Shown one piece after another: positions 26,325-37,490 of a stretch of DNA of 64,000 bases (positions are counted from its first letter, which is position 1; each line of letters opens with the position of its first letter). Source of the DNA: an uncultured Pelagibacteraceae bacterium (GTDB lineage Bacteria; Pseudomonadota; Alphaproteobacteria; Pelagibacterales; Pelagibacteraceae). The notes under the pieces are model-generated. The model did not search any database. It saw only the letters and a list, made by a program, of their open reading frames with translations, and was not told the origin of the DNA. A program made the translations under genes and the position numbers. Location: assembly GCA_902591185.1 (NCBI GenBank), contig CACIZU010000001.1, positions 14,816 through 78,815 on the forward strand, written 5' to 3'.

Positions 26325-26355
26325 AAAAAAAAGTTTTTTACTTCTAAAAAACTTT
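26325..26355 (-). promoter_or_regulatory. Terminator-like hairpin in the decarboxylase 5' leader
   Basis: Minus strand AAAGTTTTTTA-GAAG-TAAAAAACTTT followed by a T run, upstream of the GGAGG RBS. Confidence 0.45.
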
Positions 26356-26416
26356 AAAATTTCCTCCTATTAAGCCTATAGATTAATAATGTAAAGCAAA
26401 TAATAGATATTGAATT

Positions 26417-27007
26417 ATGCCAACTAGTAACCATATTAATTATATGAAAGAACAAATAGTCCTAAAAAACATTAATAATTTTGAGAATAAATCTCTACTA
26501 ATAGTTGATGATGACAATCCATTTCGAGAAAGATTAGCTAGAGCTATGGAAAAAAAAGGATTTGAGGTTATTCAAGCTGAGAGTGTACAAAAAGGAATTC
26601 AGTCAGTTAAGGCAAAAAAACCAGGTTTTGCAGTTGTAGATTTAAGACTTGGAGATGGAAATGGCTTAGAAGTTGTAAAGCAAATTCAATCAACAAATAA
26701 TGATAGCAGAATTATTATGCTAACAGGATATGGAAATATTCCAACAGCAGTAGCTGCAATCAAAGAGGGGGCTATAGATTATCTAGCTAAACCAGCTGAC
26801 GCAGAAGATGTTGAAAAAGCTTTGTTAGCCGATCCTACAAAAAAAGCTCCTCCTCCTGCAAATCCAATGTCAGCAGATAGAGTGAAGTGGGAACATATAC
26901 ATAGAGTTTTTGAATTATGCAATAGGAACGTTTCCGAAACTGCAAGAAGATTAAAGATGCATAGAAGAACTCTTCAGAGAATACTTTCTAAAAGATCACC
27001 TAGATAA
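26417..27007 (+). CDS. regA: RegA/PrrA/ActR response regulator
   Basis: Receiver domain, PPP linker, PMSADRVKWEHIHRVFELCNRNVSETARRLKMHRRTLQRIL; start may be 26444. Confidence 0.96.
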   Translation: MPTSNHINYMKEQIVLKNINNFENKSLLIVDDDNPFRERLARAMEKKGFEVIQAESVQKGIQSVKAKKPGFAVVDLRLGDGNGLEVVKQIQSTNNDSRIIMLTGYGNIPTAVAAIKEGAIDYLAKPADAEDVEKALLADPTKKAPPPANPMSADRVKWEHIHRVFELCNRNVSETARRLKMHRRTLQRILSKRSPR

Positions 27008-27551
27008 AATTTCTAATTTTTATAATTTTTTTTGTTATTAAAGCTAAGAGCATTACTTTAAAAATTTCAGCTAACAAAAAAGGTTTTGCTCCTAACGCAA
27101 AAATTGGTTTTTCCCATCCAATTAGTGTTCCAAGCCATAATAATCCTAAAATGTAAATAGTTGTAGTTGCAATCAAAAGTTTTAATAAAACTAATAAAAA
27201 ACTATCTTTACTATTTATTTTTGAAGCTAAAAAACTAGCTGTTAGAAAACCAATTAAATAACCCATAGTTGGACCAGTAAAATAAATTAATCCAACACCT
27301 TTTTCAGGCGAATTTGAAAAAACAGGTAAGCCCATGATTCCTTCAAATAAATATAAGGCCACACTAGCTAATCCAATTTTATATCCTAAACTTACTCCTA
27401 AAAATAAAACCACAAAAGTTTGCATGGTCATTGGCACAGGATAAAAAGGTATTTTAATCTTTGCAGATATAGTTAAAGCTATTGAGCCAAGTATTATGGC
27501 AAATAAAGATCTTATTATTGTAGTTTGTGAAATATTTTTAGTGAGTTCCAT
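27000..27551 (-). CDS. bioY: Biotin transporter BioY
   Basis: PVPMTMQTF, GLPVFS, GPTMGYLIGF. Confidence 0.93.
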   Translation of the reverse strand: MELTKNISQTTIIRSLFAIILGSIALTISAKIKIPFYPVPMTMQTFVVLFLGVSLGYKIGLASVALYLFEGIMGLPVFSNSPEKGVGLIYFTGPTMGYLIGFLTASFLASKINSKDSFLLVLLKLLIATTTIYILGLLWLGTLIGWEKPIFALGAKPFLLAEIFKVMLLALITKKIIKIRNFI

Positions 27552-27664
27552 ATTCTAATATTACTCTTATTTTTATTAATAATCTAGATATAAATAATTT
27601 TCATTAAGTAAAGTGTATTTTTTTATATACAGATGTTATTACCGTTGTAATATTTAATATTCTA

Positions 27665-30439
27665 ATGGATAAAATTAAAAAAACAGACCATTTTTATTTA
27701 ATTGATGGTTCGGGGTATATATTTAGAGCCTATTATGCTTTACCACCATTAACTAGAAAAAGTGATGGACTACCAACCGGTGCTGTTAGTGGATTTTGCA
27801 GTATGCTCTTTAAACTTTTAGAAGATTCAAAATCAGATCAAAATTTACAAAAACCTACTCATTTTGCAGTAATTTTTGACTCAGCTAGAAAGACATTTAG
27901 AAATGAAATTTATAGTGATTATAAAGCTAATAGATCAGAGGCTCCTGATGATTTAGCTCCACAGTTTGAATATATTAGAAAATCTGTATTAGCTTTTAAT
28001 TTACCTTCAGTCGATCTTCTAAACTATGAGGCAGATGACTTAATTGCAACTTACGTTGATAAAATACTTAAAAAAGGCGCTAAAGTTACAATAGTTTCAT
28101 CAGATAAAGATTTGATGCAACTATATAAAAATGATGTCCGCATTTTTGATCCTATGAAAAATAAATTTATTTCAGATGATGACATTATGAATAAGTTTGG
28201 TGTTGATGCATCAAAAGTAATTGACGTTCAATCTCTTGCAGGTGATAGTAGTGACAATGTTCCAGGAGTTCCAGGTATAGGAGTAAAAACTGCCGCTGAA
28301 TTAATCAATAAATATGGAACTTTAGAGAAACTTTTAAAGTCAGCGCATGAAATTAAACAAAACAAAAGAAGAGAAACTTTAATTGAAAATAAAGATAAGG
28401 CATTGATTAGTAAACAACTTGTTACCTTGAAGCAAGACTCTCCAATAAAAAGAGAACTAAGTGAATTTAAACTAAAAGAAATAGATAAAGATAAATTATA
28501 TAAATTTTTGAGAGAAATGGAATTTAACAGACTGTTAAGTTCTGCAATTTCAGTATATGGCGAACCTGAATTATCAAGCTCATCTACTCAAACAAAAGTA
28601 TTGGAAAAACAAAAACCAATTAATAATAAAAATTATCATTTAATTACAGATGCTAATAAAATAGATGAGTGGATTAAAGAGGCTGAAGAAACAGGTGAGG
28701 TTGCAGTCGATACAGAAACTAGTTCTTTAGACCCACATCAGACAGATTTAGTTGGTATCTCACTTTGTTCGAGAATTGGGAAAGCTTGTTACATACCAAT
28801 TGGTCACAATTCTTCAAAATGTATTAATAAAGAAATTGTTATTAAAAAACTAAAACCTTTATTGGAAGATCCTAGTGTTAAAAAAATTGGTCAGAATATA
28901 AAATTCGATTTTATAGTTTTATTTAAAAATGGAATCAACATTTCATCAATGGAAGATACAATGTTGATGTCATATGTTTTAGATGCAGGAAAAAATAGAC
29001 ATAATATGGATATATTATCAGAAATTCATTTAGGTCATAAAACAATTTCATTTAAAGAGATAGTTGGTACTGGAAAAAAAGAAATTAATTTTAGTGAAGT
29101 AGAGATCAATAAGGCTAAAGATTATGCTGCAGAAGATGCCGATATTACTTTTAGATTGTATAAAAAATTTATTAAAAATTTAAAATTTGAAAAAATGATT
29201 AATATATATGAAATATTTGAAAAGCCATTAATAAAAATTCTTGCCTTTATGGAAATGGAGGGAGTTGAAGTTAATAGTAAATTTTTAAAATCTCTATCTT
29301 TAAAATTTGATAAAAAAATTAAAAGTTTAGAAAAAGAAGTTTTTAAAATTTCTAAAAAAGAATTCAATATTGCATCACCTAAGCAATTAGGAGAAATAAT
29401 CTACAATGATCTTAAAATTGCAGGATTAAAAAAAACCAAAAAAGGAAGTTTTGCTACAAGTGCTAGTGTTTTAGAAGATTTGGCATTTAAAGGACATAAA
29501 TTTCCAAAGTTAGTTTTGGATTGGAGACAGGTCTCTAAATTAAAGAATACTTATTCAGATGCGTTGCCAGAACATATCAATCCACAAACCAAAAGAGTAC
29601 ATACGTCATTTTTATTAGCTGCAACAACTACAGGCAGATTAGCATCTAGCGATCCTAATTTGCAAAATATTCCAATAAAATCTGAGGATGGCAAAGATAT
29701 CAGAAAAGCATTTACAGCTACAAAGGGTCATTTATTAATTTCAGCAGACTATAATCAAATTGAAATGAGAATTTTAGCAGATCTTGCAGACGTTAAAGAA
29801 CTTAAAAAAGCTTTTAAAAATAATGAAGACATTCACTCCTTAACTGCAAGTCAGATTTTCAATATTGATATAAAAAAAGTTGATCAAGATCATCGAAGAA
29901 AAGCTAAAGCTATAAATTTTGGAATTATTTATGGAATTTCTCAGTATGGGTTAGCAAAACAAATTAATGTTTCAAATTACGAGGCAGAGGAATTTCTAGA
30001 TGCATATTTTGCTAAATTTCCTGAGATTAAAGTTTATATGGATAACACAATTAAATTTTGTAGAAAAAGTGGATATGTAAATAATATTTTTGGAAGAAGA
30101 TCTCATTTTAATGGTATTAATGATAAAAATTTTAATGTAAGAAACTTTCAAGAGCGAGCAGCAATAAATGCTCCAATACAAGGATCTGCTTCAGAAATTA
30201 TGCGCCTGGCGATGATTAGATTGGAAAAAAAATTGACAGAACAAAAAAACATAAAATCTAAAATGTTATTACAAATCCATGATGAATTAATATTTGAAGT
30301 TCCAAAAAAAGACGAAAAAGAGATGGTCAAACTCATTAAAGAAGAAATGATGAGTGTCGCACAAAGTGATTATCACTCTTTTTCTACTCCACTAACGGTT
30401 GATATTAATGTTGGAGATAATTGGGGAATGCTTCACTAA
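27665..30439 (+). CDS. polA: DNA polymerase I
   Basis: 5'-3' exo (LIDGS..FRAYYA), 3'-5' exo (DTET), polymerase motifs ADYNQIEMR, KAINFGIIYG, QIHDEL. Confidence 0.99.
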   Translation: MDKIKKTDHFYLIDGSGYIFRAYYALPPLTRKSDGLPTGAVSGFCSMLFKLLEDSKSDQNLQKPTHFAVIFDSARKTFRNEIYSDYKANRSEAPDDLAPQFEYIRKSVLAFNLPSVDLLNYEADDLIATYVDKILKKGAKVTIVSSDKDLMQLYKNDVRIFDPMKNKFISDDDIMNKFGVDASKVIDVQSLAGDSSDNVPGVPGIGVKTAAELINKYGTLEKLLKSAHEIKQNKRRETLIENKDKALISKQLVTLKQDSPIKRELSEFKLKEIDKDKLYKFLREMEFNRLLSSAISVYGEPELSSSSTQTKVLEKQKPINNKNYHLITDANKIDEWIKEAEETGEVAVDTETSSLDPHQTDLVGISLCSRIGKACYIPIGHNSSKCINKEIVIKKLKPLLEDPSVKKIGQNIKFDFIVLFKNGINISSMEDTMLMSYVLDAGKNRHNMDILSEIHLGHKTISFKEIVGTGKKEINFSEVEINKAKDYAAEDADITFRLYKKFIKNLKFEKMINIYEIFEKPLIKILAFMEMEGVEVNSKFLKSLSLKFDKKIKSLEKEVFKISKKEFNIASPKQLGEIIYNDLKIAGLKKTKKGSFATSASVLEDLAFKGHKFPKLVLDWRQVSKLKNTYSDALPEHINPQTKRVHTSFLLAATTTGRLASSDPNLQNIPIKSEDGKDIRKAFTATKGHLLISADYNQIEMRILADLADVKELKKAFKNNEDIHSLTASQIFNIDIKKVDQDHRRKAKAINFGIIYGISQYGLAKQINVSNYEAEEFLDAYFAKFPEIKVYMDNTIKFCRKSGYVNNIFGRRSHFNGINDKNFNVRNFQERAAINAPIQGSASEIMRLAMIRLEKKLTEQKNIKSKMLLQIHDELIFEVPKKDEKEMVKLIKEEMMSVAQSDYHSFSTPLTVDINVGDNWGMLH

Positions 30440-30488
30440 TTTGATAAGATTGCCCAAATTAGAACAATTTAGTATTTTTATATAAAGA

Positions 30489-31196
30489 ATGCAAAAAAAA
30501 ATCATAGCTTTAATTGATGATGATAGAAATATTTTAACTAGCTTAAGTATTGCTCTGGAAAAAGAAGGTTTTAAGATACAAACTTATATTGATGGTGAAA
30601 GTGCCCTAATTGGATTAACACGAACTCCACCTGACCTGGCAGTAATTGATATTAAGATGCCTAAAATGGATGGTGAAGAATTATTAAAGAAGCTAAGAAA
30701 AAAAACTTCGTTACCAGTAATTTTTTTGACATCAAAAGATGATGAAATTGATGAGTTATTAGGTTTAAAATTAGGTGCTGATGATTTTGTAAAAAAATCT
30801 GGGGGATTTTCTATTAAAGTATTAATAGAGAGAATTAGAGTGCAGTTAAGAAAAAAAGATACTAATAATGTCTTAGAAGAAAATAAAAGCTTGATTGCTC
30901 ATGGTAGATTAAAGTTGGATCCATCACAGTTAGAATGTGAATGGAACGACAAACAGCTTCCAGATAAACTAACCACAACTGAGTTTTTAATTGTTAAAGA
31001 GTTAGCTAAAAGACCTGGCATTATTAAAGAAAGAGCTCAACTAATGGATATAGCTTATAGAGAAGATACTGATATTGAAGACAGAACTATTGATAGTCAT
31101 GTTAAAAGAATTCGAAAAAAATTTAAAAAAGTAGATCCTGATTTTTCAGCTATTGAAACTAGGTATGGTAGTGGATATAGATGGAATGTTAGCTAA
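30489..31196 (+). CDS. chvI: OmpR-family response regulator ChvI
   Basis: [48 protein letters not shown]. Confidence 0.93.
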   Translation: MQKKIIALIDDDRNILTSLSIALEKEGFKIQTYIDGESALIGLTRTPPDLAVIDIKMPKMDGEELLKKLRKKTSLPVIFLTSKDDEIDELLGLKLGADDFVKKSGGFSIKVLIERIRVQLRKKDTNNVLEENKSLIAHGRLKLDPSQLECEWNDKQLPDKLTTTEFLIVKELAKRPGIIKERAQLMDIAYREDTDIEDRTIDSHVKRIRKKFKKVDPDFSAIETRYGSGYRWNVS

Positions 31197-32737
31197 TGTT
31201 TAGTAAATACTTAAAAAGTCTATCTATATTAAATAAATTTCTATTCATAAATTTTATAATTTTTACAATCATTGGATTATTTACAATTATATATCTAAAT
31301 AATGTTCAGCCAAATTTGATTAAGAAAAAATCTATAAATCACATAAATACTATTGATAATACAATTGATACTCTTATTAGGCTGGATGTAAAATTTTTAG
31401 CTAATGATATTCGAAAGTTTTTGTTTTCTACAAGATTTATATTTCAAAATTTAGATAGGGTAATTTTTTTTAATAATGATTTAAATATAATTGGTGATAC
31501 AGACACACTTGATCTTGATCCAAGATCTTTTTCAACAAGACTAAATGAAATTGAATTTGAAAGTTTAAATGAAAAAAAATTAGATCAAAATACTGAAAAT
31601 AAAAATACTGATATTAATAAAAATAAAATTAGATCTTTTGAAAATATTTTAAAAAGATATTCAAATTCAAATGATTATGGAAGTCCTTATACATTTGCAG
31701 AAGAAGGTTTTAATCAATTTAAATTAACGACAATAAAAAATGTGATTAAAGATGGGTCAAATATTGGTTATATTGTAATAAGTGAAAATGCAAATGATAT
31801 CAAAATAGCAACGGATGAAAGAAAAGCTTTTGTAATTAGAACAGCAATCGCTGTGGGTTTTGTTATTTTAATTTTTTCTTTTGTTTTAAGTAGATATTTT
31901 ATTAAACCAATACAAAACCTAGTGAGTTACACAAAAGTTATTAAAGAAAAAAACCAAACCAAAACTAACATTGAAAATTTAAAAAATAGAAATGATGAAT
32001 TAGGACTTTTGTCTAATTCATTAGATGATATGACCAATGAGCTTCAAAAAAGAGTTGCTAATGCTGAAAATTTTTCAACAGATCTTGTACATGAAATAAG
32101 AAATCCACTAGCATCTTTAAAAAGTGCATCTGAAATTTTACAGGACACAAATAGTTCTGATCAAAGAATGAAATTATTGAATATCTTAAGTCATGATGTT
32201 CAAAGGATTGAAAGATTAATCACAGACTATTCACAAATGCTGAAGGATGAGGTTGCTCTTAGTAAAGAAAAAATGAAAAAAATTAATATAGAACCAATCA
32301 TTCAGTCAGTTGTTGATGACTATAATAATATTTATAATTTAAAAGAGAATATTAAGATTGAATATGATAATGATGGTAAGCATGAATATCCTATTAATGG
32401 TATAGAGAATAGGATTGAACAGATAATTGCTAACTTATTGGATAATTCAATATCATTTAGTAAAAAAGGTGGAAATATATTTGTAAATATATCGAATGAT
32501 TCCAATAAAAAAATTATTGTTAAAATTGCTGATGAGGGACAAGGATTTAAAGAAAAAGAAACATCTAAAATATTTAAAAGATTTTATAGTAATAGACCTG
32601 ATAAGTTTGGTGAACATTCAGGTCTTGGTTTAAATATTGTTAAAAACTTAGTAGAATTACATGATGGAGAAATTGTAGCATCTAATCGATTTGATATTGA
32701 GGGAGCGATGATAGAAATTAGATTTCCCAGAGTCTAA
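31196..32737 (+). CDS. chvG: Sensor histidine kinase ChvG
   Basis: Two TM segments, HAMP (RNDELG), HEIRNPL, NLLDNSISFS, HSGLGL; paired with chvI. Confidence 0.88.
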   Translation: MFSKYLKSLSILNKFLFINFIIFTIIGLFTIIYLNNVQPNLIKKKSINHINTIDNTIDTLIRLDVKFLANDIRKFLFSTRFIFQNLDRVIFFNNDLNIIGDTDTLDLDPRSFSTRLNEIEFESLNEKKLDQNTENKNTDINKNKIRSFENILKRYSNSNDYGSPYTFAEEGFNQFKLTTIKNVIKDGSNIGYIVISENANDIKIATDERKAFVIRTAIAVGFVILIFSFVLSRYFIKPIQNLVSYTKVIKEKNQTKTNIENLKNRNDELGLLSNSLDDMTNELQKRVANAENFSTDLVHEIRNPLASLKSASEILQDTNSSDQRMKLLNILSHDVQRIERLITDYSQMLKDEVALSKEKMKKINIEPIIQSVVDDYNNIYNLKENIKIEYDNDGKHEYPINGIENRIEQIIANLLDNSISFSKKGGNIFVNISNDSNKKIIVKIADEGQGFKEKETSKIFKRFYSNRPDKFGEHSGLGLNIVKNLVELHDGEIVASNRFDIEGAMIEIRFPRV

Positions 32738-32779
32738 TCTTTTATTGATTAATTAATACTTAACTGTATAAAACTTGCC

Positions 32780-34066
32780 ATGGAAGATTTTAAAGTAAAA
32801 GACATATCGTCAGCTGAATTTGGAAGAAAAGAGATTTCAATCGCAGAAAGTGAAATGCCAGGATTAATGGCTTTAAGAGAAGAATACTCTGATAAAAAAC
32901 CTTTAAAGGGCGCAAGAATTATAGGCTGTTTGCACATGACCATACAAACAGCAGTATTGATAGAAACTTTAGTTGATCTAGGAGCCGAAGTTAGATGGTC
33001 TTCATGTAACATTTTTTCTACTCAAGATCATGCAGCTGCAGCAATTGCTAAAGCAGGAATACCAGTTTTTGCATGGAAAGGCGAAACTGAGGAAGAATAT
33101 TTATGGTGTATTAAACAAACTATTGTTGGAAAACCTGATTGGAAACCAAATATGCTTTTAGACGATGGTGGAGATTTAACTGCAATTATGCACAAGGAAT
33201 ATAAAGATTTGATGAAAGACATTAAAGGTGTTTCAGAAGAAACTACTACTGGAATTAAAGCTTTAAATAAAATGGAAAAAGACAATTCACTTCTAGTGCC
33301 AGCAATTAATGTGAATGACTCGGTAACAAAATCAAAATTTGACAATTTATATGGTTGTAGAGAAAGTTTGGTAGACGGAATTAGGAGAGCAACAGATGTT
33401 ATGATGTCTGGAAAAATTGCAATAGTTGCAGGTTTTGGAGATGTTGGAAAAGGAAGTGCGGCATCTCTTAGACAGAGTGGAGCTAGAGTTTTAGTAACAG
33501 AAGCAGATCCAATTTGTGCTCTTCAGGCCGCAATGGAAGGGTATGAAGTTGTTTTGATGGAAGAAGCTATTAGTAGGGCAGATATCGTTGTAACAGCAAC
33601 TGGCAACAAAGATATAGTAACAGCTGATCACATGAGAAATATGAAAGACAGAGCTATACTATGTAATATTGGACATTTTGATAATGAAATACAAGTTGAA
33701 GCTTTAAAAAACTATAAATGGACTGAAGTTAAACCCCAAGTTCACGAAATAGAATTATCAAGTGGTAAAAGAATAATTCTTTTGGCAGAAGGAAGATTAG
33801 TAAATCTAGGTTGTGCAACTGGACACCCAAGTTTTGTAATGAGCGCATCATTTACTAATCAAGTTATTGCTCAAATAGAGCTTTGGCACAATCATAAAAA
33901 TTATGAAAATAAAGTTTACGTATTACCAAAACATTTAGATGAAAAAGTAGCAACTCTTCATCTTAAAAAGGTAGGGGCAAAATTAACAAAATTATCAAAA
34001 GAACAAGCAGACTATATAAGCGTTGGAACAGAAGGTCCTTTCAAACCAGATGCCTATCGCTATTAA
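32780..34066 (+). CDS. ahcY: Adenosylhomocysteinase
   Basis: [51 protein letters not shown]. Confidence 0.99.
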   Translation: MEDFKVKDISSAEFGRKEISIAESEMPGLMALREEYSDKKPLKGARIIGCLHMTIQTAVLIETLVDLGAEVRWSSCNIFSTQDHAAAAIAKAGIPVFAWKGETEEEYLWCIKQTIVGKPDWKPNMLLDDGGDLTAIMHKEYKDLMKDIKGVSEETTTGIKALNKMEKDNSLLVPAINVNDSVTKSKFDNLYGCRESLVDGIRRATDVMMSGKIAIVAGFGDVGKGSAASLRQSGARVLVTEADPICALQAAMEGYEVVLMEEAISRADIVVTATGNKDIVTADHMRNMKDRAILCNIGHFDNEIQVEALKNYKWTEVKPQVHEIELSSGKRIILLAEGRLVNLGCATGHPSFVMSASFTNQVIAQIELWHNHKNYENKVYVLPKHLDEKVATLHLKKVGAKLTKLSKEQADYISVGTEGPFKPDAYRY

Positions 34067-34499
34067 AGATAGCAAAATCGATATTACTTCTGAGAAGCTT
34101 ACTAAAGAATTAGCTAAAAAATTTACCAAATATATCAAAGGTGGCGAATTTATTTTTTTATATGGAGAGATGGGTGTTGGTAAAACCACATTTGTTAAAT
34201 ATTTTATAAATGAGTTTCAAAAATTAAATAATTTACCAAAGACTGAAATTACGAGCCCTACGTTTAGTTTATTAAATGAATATCAAGTGAAAGATATTAG
34301 AATTAAACATTATGATTTATTTAGAATTAATAAGAAAGAAGATACCAATAGTTTAGATATTTTTGAAAAAGATAATAAATTAATAACTCTTATAGAATGG
34401 CCACAATTAATAGCTGATACACAAGATGTAAAATCTATAGATTTAACTTTTAGTTATTTAAATGATTTAAATGATAGAAGTATAGAAATAAAAGTTTAA
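34050..34499 (+). CDS. tsaE: t6A biosynthesis ATPase TsaE
   Basis: [29 protein letters not shown]; ATG 34050 preferred. Confidence 0.93.
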   Translation: MPIAIKDSKIDITSEKLTKELAKKFTKYIKGGEFIFLYGEMGVGKTTFVKYFINEFQKLNNLPKTEITSPTFSLLNEYQVKDIRIKHYDLFRINKKEDTNSLDIFEKDNKLITLIEWPQLIADTQDVKSIDLTFSYLNDLNDRSIEIKV

Positions 34500-34511
34500 A
34501 TTAAACTTATT

Positions 34512-35459
34512 TTGATGAAAAGCCTAGCAAAATTGAAAAAAATTAAAGGTGACGCTTCCTTTAGAGAGTTTTATAGGAACCAAGAAAACAATTCGATTTT
34601 AGTGCTATCTAAGAAAGAAAGATTAAAAAACCTTTTAATTTATGATGCGATCAACAAAATTTTAATTAAAAATAAAATTTTAGCACCAAATCTATTAAGT
34701 GAAAATTACTTAAAAAATTATATAGAAATCCAAGACTTTGGAGATCAAACACTATTTGAAATTCTAAAAAATAAAAAGAATAATAACTACGCTATTTTTA
34801 AGAAGATTGTAAAAATTTTAAATAAAATACAATTAATAAAAGATAAAAAAATAAAAAATTTTAAAAACAAATTATATAAAGTTCAAGAGTACAAAAACAA
34901 AATTTTATTTGATGAAACTAAACTTTTTTGTGACTGGTATGTACCAAAGACACTACCTAAAGTAAAAAGTATTAAATTTAACAAAAAATTTAAAATAGAG
35001 ATAAAGAACTTATTATCAAAATTAAATTACAAAAATGATACATTTGTCCATAGAGATTTTCATGTTTCAAACTTAATGTATCATAATAAAAAAATTGCAT
35101 TAGTAGACAGTCAAGATGCATTAATTGGGAATAAAGCTTACGACTTAGCATCTTTAATTGACGACGTAAGATTAAAAACATCTAACGAATTAAAAGAAAA
35201 AGTATTTAAGTTTTACCTAAAAACAAATAAAAAAATTGAGGTGGAAAAATTTAAAAAAGATTTTGAAATATTGTCTATTTTAAGAAATTTGAAAATAATT
35301 GGTATATTTATGCGTTTGGCTTTAAGAGATGATAAGAAAAAATATCTTAAATTAATTCCTTACGCTTGGCAAATGATTAATTACAGAATTAAAAAGCAAA
35401 ATGAATTCAAAAATTTGATGTTTCTATTAAAAAATAATTTTCCTAAATTTATAAGGTAG
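34512..35459 (+). CDS. APH-family kinase, AmgK-like (anomeric MurNAc/GlcNAc kinase)
   Basis: GDASFREFYR, HRDFHVSNLM, DSQDA..G..YDLASL, RNLKIIGIF; adjacent to murU-like gene. Confidence 0.8.
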   Translation: MMKSLAKLKKIKGDASFREFYRNQENNSILVLSKKERLKNLLIYDAINKILIKNKILAPNLLSENYLKNYIEIQDFGDQTLFEILKNKKNNNYAIFKKIVKILNKIQLIKDKKIKNFKNKLYKVQEYKNKILFDETKLFCDWYVPKTLPKVKSIKFNKKFKIEIKNLLSKLNYKNDTFVHRDFHVSNLMYHNKKIALVDSQDALIGNKAYDLASLIDDVRLKTSNELKEKVFKFYLKTNKKIEVEKFKKDFEILSILRNLKIIGIFMRLALRDDKKKYLKLIPYAWQMINYRIKKQNEFKNLMFLLKNNFPKFIR

Positions 35460-35463
35460 GGTT

Positions 35464-36153
35464 GTGAGAATAAATACAGCATTAATTTTATGTGCAGGTT
35501 TTGGTAAAAGATTAAATCCAATTACTTTAAATACCCCAAAGCCTTTATTGGAAATTAAAGATGTAAGTATGCTAGAGCGATGTATTTATTTAATTGAAAA
35601 ATTAGGTATTCAAAAAATCTTAATTAACACTTTTTATTTGAAGGATCAATTTTCAGAGTTTTTAAATAATAAAAATTTTAATTTAGATATCAAAATAATT
35701 GAGGATGGTGAGCATATTTTAGATACGGGGGGAGGTATTCAAAATATGCTTCAAAATTCTAATGAAAATGATTTTATAATTTTTAATCCCGATACAGTTT
35801 GGAACATAAATTATAAAGATGAGATATTAAAAATGGAAGAAATATATTTCTCTAAAAAAATAGAAAATATTCTTCTTTTGGCAAATAAAAAATTAAGTTT
35901 TGATAAACAATTAAAAGGAGACTTTAATTTAAAAAATAATTTGATTAACAAAGAGGATGAAAAAGAATTTATTTATATTGGGTGTCAAATCATTAATAAA
36001 AAATTATTTGTTAGAAATAAAATAGAAAATTATTCAATTTTAGAAATTTGGAATAAACTATTAGATCAAAAAAAGCTGTATGGTTATGAAAGCCAAAAAG
36101 ACTTTTATCATTTAACTGATCTACATATTTTTAAAAAACTAAAAGATCTTTAG
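35464..36153 (+). CDS. murU: MurU-like nucleotidyltransferase
   Basis: LILCAGFGKRLNPIT..PKPL, LDTGGG; follows amgK-like kinase; GTG start. Confidence 0.75.
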   Translation: MRINTALILCAGFGKRLNPITLNTPKPLLEIKDVSMLERCIYLIEKLGIQKILINTFYLKDQFSEFLNNKNFNLDIKIIEDGEHILDTGGGIQNMLQNSNENDFIIFNPDTVWNINYKDEILKMEEIYFSKKIENILLLANKKLSFDKQLKGDFNLKNNLINKEDEKEFIYIGCQIINKKLFVRNKIENYSILEIWNKLLDQKKLYGYESQKDFYHLTDLHIFKKLKDL

Positions 36154-36838
36154 CTCTGCCTTTATCAAGATATTTGCAGCTAGAAATTTTATTATTTTCT
36201 AATTCAATTAAAAGTGGGTTTCCTGTAGGAATTTCAAGTTTGGAGATTTCATCATTATCTAAATTAAACAAATGTTTGCAAAGAGCCCTTATAGAGTTTC
36301 CGTGAGCTGAAATGAGAATATTTTTACTCATTTTATTTTTAATTTCTTCACTATAAAATTTTATTACTCTTTCATATGTATCTTTTAATGACTCAGTGTC
36401 AGGAATTTTTTCTAAAGGAATTTCTTTATAAGTTTCAATATTTAATGGATGATAAGGATTTTTTTTATCTAATGGATCAGGTCTCAAATCCCAGGAACGT
36501 CTAAACTGGTGAACTTTATCTTCTCCAAGTTTTAATTTCATTTCATCCTTATTTAATCCAGTAAGAGCTCCATAATGTCTTTCATTTAACTCCCAAGCAC
36601 TCTTAACATCTTTATAATCCTTCAATTCTTCTTGTATTATATTTAAAGTATTTTTTGCTCTTAATTGAAAAGATGAATAATAAAGATTAACCTCAATTTG
36701 CTCTTGTTTTATTAATTGTCCTGCTTTTTTTGCCTCTAATTTTCCATTATCTGTTAAATCAACATCAACCCATCCAGTAAATTTTTTTTCAAGATTCCAA
36801 ACACTTTGACCGTGCCTTACTAAAATTAAATAACTCAT
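36131..36838 (-). CDS. gpmA: 2,3-BPG-dependent phosphoglycerate mutase
   Basis: LVRHGQSVWN, FTGWVDV, LNERHYG, AHGNSIR, EIPTG; start set to ATG 36838. Confidence 0.96.
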   Translation of the reverse strand: MSYLILVRHGQSVWNLEKKFTGWVDVDLTDNGKLEAKKAGQLIKQEQIEVNLYYSSFQLRAKNTLNIIQEELKDYKDVKSAWELNERHYGALTGLNKDEMKLKLGEDKVHQFRRSWDLRPDPLDKKNPYHPLNIETYKEIPLEKIPDTESLKDTYERVIKFYSEEIKNKMSKNILISAHGNSIRALCKHLFNLDNDEISKLEIPTGNPLLIELENNKISSCKYLDKGRAKDLLVF

Positions 36839-36884
36839 TTGTTTATCTTTTAGAATAATTTGATAAATAAAACTATAAATATTA

Positions 36885-37490
36885 ATGATTAATTTTTTAA
36901 TAAAAAAAAATTTAATACTTTTTACCATTTTTTTTCTATCAGCATGTTCATCAATACCTAAAAATGCTTCAAATAGTTGCTCTATTTTTGAGGAAAAATA
37001 TTTATGGTATAAACATGCAAAAAAAACTGAAAAAAAATGGGGTACACCAGTTTATTTACAGCTTGCAATTATAAAAATGGAGTCCAGTTTTGACTGGTTA
37101 GCAAAGCCACCAAGACAAAAATTATTTAAAGTAGTTCCTTATAAGAGACCCTCAAGCTCTTTTGGATATTCACAAGCTGTTAAGGGAACATGGAAGCAAT
37201 ATAAAGAAGAAACAGGAAACAAATTTGCAACAAGAACAAGATTTAAGGATAGTGTTGATTTTATTGGCTGGTATACAAATAAAACCGAAAAAATTTTAAA
37301 AGTTTCTAAGAAAGACTCTTTTAAGCAGTATATTGCTTATCATGAGGGCTGGGGAAATTTTAAAAATTATAAAGGTAATGCAAAAGTAATAAAATTAGCT
37401 AAAAGGGTCGAGAAACAATCAAATATTTATAAACAACAGTTAGCAGAATGTAAAAATTCTTTATCTACAACAAAATATATTATCTTTTAG
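36885..37490 (+). CDS. Lipoprotein with SLT/lysozyme-like transglycosylase domain
   Basis: Lipobox LSAC, AIIKMESSF, SSSFGYSQA, AYHEGWG. Confidence 0.75.
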   Translation: MINFLIKKNLILFTIFFLSACSSIPKNASNSCSIFEEKYLWYKHAKKTEKKWGTPVYLQLAIIKMESSFDWLAKPPRQKLFKVVPYKRPSSSFGYSQAVKGTWKQYKEETGNKFATRTRFKDSVDFIGWYTNKTEKILKVSKKDSFKQYIAYHEGWGNFKNYKGNAKVIKLAKRVEKQSNIYKQQLAECKNSLSTTKYIIF

